Shown: in pieces, positions 8,138 to 14,770 of the stretch
Layout of the letters: every line of letters starts with the position of its first letter
Numbering within the stretch: position 1 is the stretch's first letter
Source of the DNA: an uncultured Planctomycetia bacterium
Lineage (GTDB): Bacteria; Omnitrophota; Gorgyraeia; 2-02-FULL-51-18; JAGOUK01
Reading direction: 5' to 3'
Assembly (NCBI GenBank): GCA_964430735.1
Contig: CAYSFB010000006.1
Coordinates: 76,089 to 140,088 of the forward strand
DNA: 64,000 nucleotides
Translations under genes and position numbers: made by a program
The notes under the pieces: model-generated
The model's input: only the letters and a program-made list of their open reading frames with translations
Told to the model about the DNA's origin: nothing
The model's database searches: none

Positions 8138-9298
8138 ATGGAAACTCACCCCGTCAAAAAGCAGTTCGACTGGAAGAACGTAGGTTTTTTTGGAACAACG
8201 GCCTTTTTGGCGGTGGTGGGTCTTCCACTGTATCTGTGGAAATTCGACCTCACTCCCGGCGACTGGGTGATCGCGGCCTTCATGGCCGTCGCCACGATGA
8301 TGGCGACCACCTTTGGACATCACCGGCTTTTCGCCCATAAAGCATTTCAAGTTCCCGGCTTCGTCAAAATCCTGAATCTTTTCTTCGGCGCCGCTTCGTG
8401 GGAAGGCTCCGCGCTCAACTGGGCGTCCGAACACCGGGACCACCACCGCTTCGTCGACACTCCCAAGGATCCCTACAACATCAAGCAGGGATTTTTCCAC
8501 GCGCACATGGGCTGGTTCATTTTTGAACGCCCGCAGTCGGATTACTCCAACGCCAAAGACCTTTCCTCCGATCCCTGGATCAAGAACCAGCACGATTATT
8601 GGACCCTCTGGGCCGTCGGCGCCGGCATGGTGTTCCCGCTCGTGCTCGGCCTCGCGTTCGGCAGCTTCTGGGGGACCTTTTTCCTCGGCGTTTGCGCCCG
8701 GCTCTTCGTCATCAATCACTGCGTCTTTTTGATCAATTCCGCCGCGCACACCTTCGGCAGGCAGACTTATGACCTGAAGTGCACCGCGCGTGATTCCTTC
8801 ATCTGCGCGATGCTCACGCATGGCGAGGGGTATCACAGCTTCCACCACCGTTTTCCGACCGACTACCGCAATGGAATCCGCTGGTACCATTGGGACCCGA
8901 CCAAATGGACGATCCGGTTGCTCAGTTACGTGGGGTTGACCAAGAACCTCAAGCGCACCGAGGAATCGCAGATTCTGGCGGCGAGAACGTTGGTCGAAAA
9001 GGAACTTTCGGACATGCGCATGGCCAAGTTTCAACAGCAACTCGAAGCGCACCCGCAGCTTGCTCAGGCCGTCAAAAATCTGGATGAATTTTATGCGGGC
9101 CTCCGCGAAACGCTTCAGCAGTGGGAAACGCGCGCCGGAGAATACCGCCGGATGTGCGCCAACTGGGCAGAAAACAACCGCGAAATCCGCAAAGCCAAAG
9201 CGGCCGAAGTCAGAATCGCCCGCGCGCAGTTTTTCGAAAAGCGCCGCGAGTGGCTGGATATGATCCAGGCCAATTACGCGCCCGCTCTCGCCGCTTAA
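8138..9298 (+). CDS. Acyl-CoA (delta-9-type) fatty acid desaturase with about 100-aa C-terminal coiled-coil extension
   Basis: His boxes HRLFAH, HRDHHRF, HSFHH; membrane-spanning N-terminal half; extra helical C-terminus. Confidence 0.85.
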   Translation: METHPVKKQFDWKNVGFFGTTAFLAVVGLPLYLWKFDLTPGDWVIAAFMAVATMMATTFGHHRLFAHKAFQVPGFVKILNLFFGAASWEGSALNWASEHRDHHRFVDTPKDPYNIKQGFFHAHMGWFIFERPQSDYSNAKDLSSDPWIKNQHDYWTLWAVGAGMVFPLVLGLAFGSFWGTFFLGVCARLFVINHCVFLINSAAHTFGRQTYDLKCTARDSFICAMLTHGEGYHSFHHRFPTDYRNGIRWYHWDPTKWTIRLLSYVGLTKNLKRTEESQILAARTLVEKELSDMRMAKFQQQLEAHPQLAQAVKNLDEFYAGLRETLQQWETRAGEYRRMCANWAENNREIRKAKAAEVRIARAQFFEKRREWLDMIQANYAPALAA

Positions 9299-9311
9299 TT
9301 TTTCACATAAA

Positions 9312-9368
9312 AAATAAAACAGGGACACGTACTATTTGATTTAAATAGTACGTGTCCCTGTTTTATTT
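9312..9368. repeat. Palindromic element copy 1: 26-bp perfect stem, 5-nt loop; probable bidirectional intrinsic terminator between convergent genes
   Basis: AAATAAAACAGGGACACGTACTATTT / gattt / AAATAGTACGTGTCCCTGTTTTATTT; A-tract and T-tract form the outer stem. Confidence 0.65.
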
Positions 9369-9375
9369 ATCGCTT

Positions 9376-9477
9376 TTAGTGCAGATAGGTCTTCAGAATG
9401 GCGATCAGCAAGAGGCCGATGCCCATGCCGACCCAGAGGAAGGGCTTTTCTTTGGGGTTGGAAAAAAGTTCAAACAT
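9376..9477 (-). CDS. Small hydrophobic peptide (33 aa), unannotated
   Basis: MFELFSNPKEKPFLWVGMGIGLLLIAILKTYLH; near-consensus promoter TTGATA-N17-TAGAAT ends 7 nt upstream of the ATG; palindromic terminator just downstream. Confidence 0.45.
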   Translation of the reverse strand: MFELFSNPKEKPFLWVGMGIGLLLIAILKTYLH

Positions 9478-9535
9478 GGGCGCTATTCTACGCGCCTTGG
9501 ATTTTAATATCAACATAAATATTTGATGATTAACC

Positions 9536-9572
9536 AAAAAGGGGCGCCCCGATCCTCTCGGGACCGGGGCGC
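9536..9572 (-). terminator. Rho-independent terminator for the 43-aa peptide gene
   Basis: 8-bp GC stem GCGCCCCG/CGGGGCGC with 13-nt loop followed by U-run on the - strand. Confidence 0.55.
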
Positions 9573-9590
9573 GTGGGGCGTGATCGGAGA

Positions 9591-9722
9591 TTAGTGGACG
9601 ACCTTCGTCGCCAACAGGACCGCCATAATCACGATGAAGGGCAGGTACGGCGTCAGGGTAGGAGTGAACACCAACCCTAGAATCGAACCGACCAGGATGC
9701 CCAGAAATAAGTCACGTTTCAT
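9591..9722 (-). CDS. Small hydrophobic peptide (43 aa), unannotated
   Basis: MKRDLFLGILVGSILGLVFTPTLTPYLPFIVIMAVLLATKVVH; strong SD GGAGGTGAG 6 nt upstream; putative promoter TTGACA..TATACT further upstream on - strand. Confidence 0.5.
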   Translation of the reverse strand: MKRDLFLGILVGSILGLVFTPTLTPYLPFIVIMAVLLATKVVH

Positions 9723-10036
9723 GGGAACTCACCTCCTCGAGCGAGTTCGACTCCCGGCGAGGGGAGTCGGGCCGACCAACCATTTGGCTGACCTGAACCG
9801 AGTATACACGGCATTTTGGATTGTCAAATGGCCAAAAGCGTTTGCCTATTTGCAACATATTTGTTTTCAATAGGTTATAAAACCTAACTAAAGCACTATA
9901 AGAATCGAATATGTGGAATTATATATCGACTAACACATTTGTTGACCCAAGAAATCGAACCCTGCGAATATTTTGGCGGGGAGTTTACCTAGAAATTACT
10001 AGTCTTTCGGACAAGGGTCGGGTAGATTAAAAAGCC

Positions 10037-10732
10037 ATGAGCAAGAAAACCATCCTCGTGATCGAAGATGAGAAGAACATTCAGGAGCTTCTCAAATTCA
10101 ACCTGGAAGAAGAGGGCTATCGGGTCCTGTGCGCTTCCACCGGTGATCGGGGTCTTGAGGCCGCCGGCCGCGAAAAGCCCGACCTTATCGTGCTCGACGT
10201 GATGTTGCCGGGCGTCAGCGGTACGGATGTGCTGAAGTCCATCCGCGCCCATTCCAAAATCGCCGCGACGCCCGTTCTCATGCTGACCGCCCGGTCCCAG
10301 GAATCCGACAAGGTGCTGGGGTTGGAGCTCGGTGCGGACGATTATGTGACCAAGCCCTTCAGTCCGCGCGAACTCTCCGCCCGCGTCAAAGCCCTGTTGC
10401 GCCGGGCCGAACCGCCGAAGTCTTCCGCCGTGCTCAAGGCCGGCGCGCTTCAAATGGACTGCGAAAAGCACATCGTGACACTCAAGAACAAGCCTCTTGA
10501 GCTCACGCACAAGGAATTCAACCTGCTGCGCGTGCTCCTCGAAGCACGCGGCCGGCTGCTCACCCGCGACCAGTTGCTGGACCGCGTGTGGGGGTACACC
10601 GCCGCTGAACACATCGAGACGCGCACTGTCGACATGCATGTCGGCCAGCTGCGCAAAAAGCTCAAAGACGAAGCGGACCGCATCATCACCGTGAAAAACG
10701 AAGGTTACCGGTTCGAGACGGACAACGGATGA
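10037..10732 (+). CDS. phoB: OmpR/PhoB-family response regulator (phosphate regulon)
   Basis: REC domain (ILVIEDE...DLIVLDVMLPG) plus winged-helix trans_reg_C (RVWGY...VDMHVGQLRKKL); sits upstream of phoR-pst genes. Confidence 0.85.
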   Translation: MSKKTILVIEDEKNIQELLKFNLEEEGYRVLCASTGDRGLEAAGREKPDLIVLDVMLPGVSGTDVLKSIRAHSKIAATPVLMLTARSQESDKVLGLELGADDYVTKPFSPRELSARVKALLRRAEPPKSSAVLKAGALQMDCEKHIVTLKNKPLELTHKEFNLLRVLLEARGRLLTRDQLLDRVWGYTAAEHIETRTVDMHVGQLRKKLKDEADRIITVKNEGYRFETDNG

Positions 10733-12090
10733 ACCGGCCCGCCAAAAACCCTTACTACCGGATGACTGCGGCTGCGGTCGTCGGAATTTTTGCGGCGACG
10801 CACTGGACCTACTGGGACTCCGCCGCTTCGCTGCCCGCGTCCGCGCGGGTACGGTTCTTTACGGCTGCGTGCGCGGCGTCCCTGGCGGTCGCGGCGGTGG
10901 GGTTGTTTCTGGGGAGGCGTTTTCAACGCCGGCTCGACCGGCTGGCCCAGGAGGGCGCTCCGGCCCCAGGGCTCATCCCTGCTTCCGACGAATTCTCGCA
11001 GTTGGACCGCAAGGTGACGGGGATGGCGCGTGATCTGGAGGCGCGCCTCACGGAATTGGAGCGCGAAAAAACTCGGCTCGACGCGATGCTTCGAAGCATG
11101 CGCGAGGGGCTCATCGTGATCGCCGAAAACCGCTCGATCCTGCTGATGAATCCGGCGGCCGAGGGGATTCTCGGCGTGAGCGCCGGCCGCGCCGCCGGCC
11201 GTAGCCTCGTCGAAACGGCCCGCAACACGGACCTGGTCGCGCTGGTCGCCGACGCCTTCGCCCGTGATGCGGGGCTGTCGCGTCAAATCCGCTTTTTTAA
11301 TCCCGGGGACTGCCAGCTGCTTGTGAACATCGTTCCGTACCGGATCGGATCCGGGGAGCGTCAGGCTGTCCTGGTGCTCCACGACGTCACCGAGATTCAC
11401 CGGCTCGAAAATCTGCGGCGCGAATTCGTCGCCAACGTGTCGCACGAACTCAAGACGCCGCTCACGTCGCTGCAGGGCTTCATCGAGACGCTCTTGGCCG
11501 GTGCGTGGCAGAAGCCGGAGCATGCGAAGCGGTTCCTGGGGATGATGGACGAGGATGCCAAGCGGTTGTCTCGGCTCATTCACGATCTTTTGGACCTCTC
11601 GCGCATCGAGTCGGGCGGCGGGCCTGCGCGCCGGGAGCCGGCGGACCTGGGAGCGCTGGCCGCACGCGCGTTGGCGGGCCTCGAAACGTCCATTACCCAA
11701 AAAAATCTCCGGATCGAGAACGGCCTTCCTCCCGGGGTCTTCGAAACGACGGGGGATCCGGGCCAGCTGGAACAGGTGTTCGTGAACCTGCTCGAAAACG
11801 CCGTTAAATTCACGCCGGAGGGCGGGCGGGTCCGCCTGAGCGCCCAACGTGTCGCAGGCGGCGTGCGGGTCGAAGTCAGCGATTCGGGCTCCGGTATTCC
11901 GGAAGCCTCGCTCGACCGCGTGTTCGAGAGGTTCTACCGCGTCGACCCGGCCCGTTCCCGCGAGATGGGCGGAACCGGTCTCGGCCTTTCCATCGTGAAG
12001 CACATCGTCGAGCAGCACGGCGGCACGGTCGCCGTCTCGAGCCCCGGACCCGGCCTCGGATCCGCTTTTTCGTTCACCCTGCCCCTTTAA
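10729..12090 (+). CDS. phoR: Sensor histidine kinase PhoR-like (2 TM, PAS, HisKA, HATPase_c)
   Basis: HELKTPLTSLQGF H-box, PAS segment, N/G1/G2 boxes; start overlaps phoB stop. Confidence 0.8.
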   Translation: MNRPAKNPYYRMTAAAVVGIFAATHWTYWDSAASLPASARVRFFTAACAASLAVAAVGLFLGRRFQRRLDRLAQEGAPAPGLIPASDEFSQLDRKVTGMARDLEARLTELEREKTRLDAMLRSMREGLIVIAENRSILLMNPAAEGILGVSAGRAAGRSLVETARNTDLVALVADAFARDAGLSRQIRFFNPGDCQLLVNIVPYRIGSGERQAVLVLHDVTEIHRLENLRREFVANVSHELKTPLTSLQGFIETLLAGAWQKPEHAKRFLGMMDEDAKRLSRLIHDLLDLSRIESGGGPARREPADLGALAARALAGLETSITQKNLRIENGLPPGVFETTGDPGQLEQVFVNLLENAVKFTPEGGRVRLSAQRVAGGVRVEVSDSGSGIPEASLDRVFERFYRVDPARSREMGGTGLGLSIVKHIVEQHGGTVAVSSPGPGLGSAFSFTLPL

Positions 12091-12106
12091 ACGGCATCGA
12101 ACCGTT

Positions 12107-12128
12107 TTACACGGACCTTACACGGCCC
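12107..12128 (+). promoter_or_regulatory. Tandem 11-bp direct repeats (TTACACGGACC TTACACGGCCC); candidate PhoB-type pho box
   Basis: Two 11-bp units in helical phase immediately downstream of phoR stop and upstream of porin gene. Confidence 0.3.
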
Positions 12129-12235
12129 TCAAGCCATCCTGACCTCCGTTTTTTAAACTGTGCGGGATCATTGGTGTTGCGCCGCAACTTTTTTGCCGGC
12201 AGCCATGTTCAACAAAACCGCACAACGGAGGTTAC

Positions 12236-13651
12236 ATGTCACAGCAGTCTCACGGCTGGTCCTGGATCACCCTCATGGGTGTTTCGCTCCTGGCCGCCTT
12301 TGCGGGTTTGGCGATTTGCGCCGGCCCGGTCCGCGCTTCGGAAGTCGATATGCTCATCGAAAAGCTCGCTCAGAAAGGTCTTTTGACCCGGATTGAAGCC
12401 GAGACCATGCGCGGCGATATCGAAATGGCCGAAAAAGCCTCCTATATCAAGCATCGCGAGGAGTCGAACCCGTGGCTTGACGGACTCACCCAAAAAGGCG
12501 ACGCGCGCCTGCGGTACGAGGCGTTCAGCCGCGAGTCCGAAGACGCCGCCGACCGCAACCGCTACCGCGTTCGTCTGCGCTGGGGCGCTGAGAAGTATTT
12601 CGACGAGGAGTGGAAGGCCGGGTTCCGGATCGCGACCGGCACCGCGAACGACGCGACCTCGACCAACCAGACGCTCACGGACGAGTTCGGTCTGAAGAGC
12701 ATCTTCCTCGATCAGGCCTATGCGACCTGGACCCCGACCAAGCGTCTCCAGAACGTGATCGGAAGCACGAAGCTCGTCGAAGTCGGCGCCGGCAAGGTGA
12801 ACAACCCCTTTGCCAAAACCTCGACCTCAATCATCTGGGACGGCGACGTGAATCCGGAAGGCGTTTACGAGAAAATCGACTTCAACCTTGCCAAAACCGA
12901 CACCGGCTATACGGACCTGAACTTTTTACTCGGTCAGTTCGTCGTGGATGAAGATTCGGATCTTTCGCCCGGCGATCAGGGGATGATGGCGTACGGAGTC
13001 GGTGTGACGCACGAATGGGCCAAGGACCACCGCGCGGACTTCCACTTCACGTATTACGACTGGCAGGACTACATCCAGTTCGCCAAGGGTGGTAACAGCG
13101 TGCTTCCGAATGCGCTGGGCGGCAACGACCGTGAGTTGGAAGATCTGAAGATCATCAACTTCTACGGGTCGGTGAACTATCTGGCGAACACGCCTTGGTT
13201 CGGCACGCAGAACGTGAAAATCTTCGCAGACGTGGCTCACAACACTGCGGCCCAGACCTACGAGTCGCAGAACAGCGCCGTCTATGACGAAGATTCGCGC
13301 AATCAGCCCCGTCAGGATGAGGACATGGCATTCTCGATCGGTTCGGTGTTCGGCAAAGCCAAGGACCCCGGAACCTGGGAAGCCGGCTACGAGTACTACT
13401 ATGTGGAAGCGAATGCCGTGAACGGCGCGTTTTCCGAATCCGATCTCGGCCAGGGCGGCTCGAACAACAAGGGTCACAAGCTGTCGTTCAAGTACATGGT
13501 CCACAAGAACATCGAGCTCAACCTCACCGCGTGGCTCGTCGAGAAGATCGACCCCACCCGCGTGGATTACTTCACGTCGGGCGACCTGGACGTGTTCGGG
13601 GATGACAACCAGATCCTCCGCACCCAGGCTGACCTTGTGTACAAGTTCTAA
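12236..13651 (+). CDS. Outer-membrane porin, possibly phosphate-selective (OprO/OprP-like)
   Basis: Signal peptide, beta-rich with alternating hydrophobics, C-terminal ...LVYKF; position between phoR and pstS. Confidence 0.5.
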   Translation: MSQQSHGWSWITLMGVSLLAAFAGLAICAGPVRASEVDMLIEKLAQKGLLTRIEAETMRGDIEMAEKASYIKHREESNPWLDGLTQKGDARLRYEAFSRESEDAADRNRYRVRLRWGAEKYFDEEWKAGFRIATGTANDATSTNQTLTDEFGLKSIFLDQAYATWTPTKRLQNVIGSTKLVEVGAGKVNNPFAKTSTSIIWDGDVNPEGVYEKIDFNLAKTDTGYTDLNFLLGQFVVDEDSDLSPGDQGMMAYGVGVTHEWAKDHRADFHFTYYDWQDYIQFAKGGNSVLPNALGGNDRELEDLKIINFYGSVNYLANTPWFGTQNVKIFADVAHNTAAQTYESQNSAVYDEDSRNQPRQDEDMAFSIGSVFGKAKDPGTWEAGYEYYYVEANAVNGAFSESDLGQGGSNNKGHKLSFKYMVHKNIELNLTAWLVEKIDPTRVDYFTSGDLDVFGDDNQILRTQADLVYKF

Positions 13652-13662
13652 TTGCTGATAAA

Positions 13663-14625
13663 GTGAACGCCAAGGAGAAAACCATGAAATTGATCCACAA
13701 GACCGCGCTTCTCGCGGGCCTCGTCCTGCTCGCGGCCTCGCCGCTGCGGGCGTCGACGGTCGAAGTCGACAAAACGCTCGAAGTCTACACGCCGGTTTCC
13801 GGCGTTTCCGGCAACCTGAACTCGATCGGTTCCGATACGCTCAACAATCTCATGACGATGTGGGCCGAAAAGTTCAAGGAGTTCTACCCCAACGTCAATA
13901 TCCAGATCGAAGGCAAGGGTTCCTCGACCGCGCCTCCCGCGCTCATCGAAGGCACCGCCCAGCTCGGGCCCATGAGCCGCGAGATGAAGCCGACCGAGAT
14001 CGACGCGTTCGAAAAGAAGTACGGCTATCGCCCGGTGCAGTTCCGCGTGGCGCTGGACGCCCTGGCGGTTTTCGTTCATAAGGACAACCCCGTTGAATCG
14101 CTGGCGATGAAACAGGTGGATTCGATCTTCTCGGCCACCCGCAAGCGCGGCGGTTCGGACATCTCCAACTGGGGCCAGGCGGGCGTGAGCGCGCTCTCCG
14201 GTCAGGCGGTGTCGATCTACGGCCGCAACAGCGCGTCGGGAACTTATGGATTCTTCAAGGAATTCGCGCTCAAGAACGGGGACTTCAAGTCCTCGGTCAA
14301 GGAGCAGCCGGGTTCGTCCGCCGTGGTCCAGGGCATCGCATCCGACCTGGCCGGTATCGGTTATTCGGGCATCGGCTACCTGACTTCGGGCGTCAAAGCG
14401 GTGCCCCTGGCCGGTGATGACGGCGTTGCCTACGAAGCCAGCTACGAGAACGTGCTTGCCGGGAGCTACCCGCTCTCCCGTTTCCTCTATATCTACATCA
14501 ACAAGAAGCCTGGTCAGCCCTTCGACAAACTGACCTCCGAGTTCCTGCGTTTCATCCTCTCCCAGCAGGGCCAGGAGATCGTGATCAAAGACGGTTACTA
14601 CCCCTTACCGAACTCTTTGAGCTAA
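13663..14625 (+). CDS. pstS: Phosphate ABC transporter substrate-binding protein PstS
   Basis: Signal peptide and PBP-like fold motifs (GSDTLNNLMTMWAEKF, IEGKGSST). Confidence 0.9.
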   Translation: MNAKEKTMKLIHKTALLAGLVLLAASPLRASTVEVDKTLEVYTPVSGVSGNLNSIGSDTLNNLMTMWAEKFKEFYPNVNIQIEGKGSSTAPPALIEGTAQLGPMSREMKPTEIDAFEKKYGYRPVQFRVALDALAVFVHKDNPVESLAMKQVDSIFSATRKRGGSDISNWGQAGVSALSGQAVSIYGRNSASGTYGFFKEFALKNGDFKSSVKEQPGSSAVVQGIASDLAGIGYSGIGYLTSGVKAVPLAGDDGVAYEASYENVLAGSYPLSRFLYIYINKKPGQPFDKLTSEFLRFILSQQGQEIVIKDGYYPLPNSLS

Positions 14626-14634
14626 TCAGGGTCT

Positions 14635-14724
14635 GGGGAGCTGGCAGGAAGCATGTTTCTCCGTGCAATGAATGTGCCGAGGCGGCACATAAGCGCTGCG
14701 AAACATACTTCCTGCCAGCTCCCC
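14635..14724. repeat. 90-bp inverted-repeat element (25-bp arms, one mismatch, 40-nt loop with inner hairpin) in pstS-pstC spacer
   Basis: GGGGAGCTGGCAGGAAGCATGTTTC ... GAAACATACTTCCTGCCAGCTCCCC; no U-tract; inner hairpin GTGCCGaggCGGCAC. Confidence 0.6.
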
Positions 14725-14770
14725 AAGTCCATGTCAGCCCAAGTAGCGGATAAGGTACAATAACCGCCGT

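Noticed and set aside
12393-12951. Arg/Ser-rich ORFs in other frames inside the porin gene (12393-12695, 12610-12951)
   Set aside because: Composition-driven frames overlapping a better-supported signal-peptide-bearing beta-barrel CDS.
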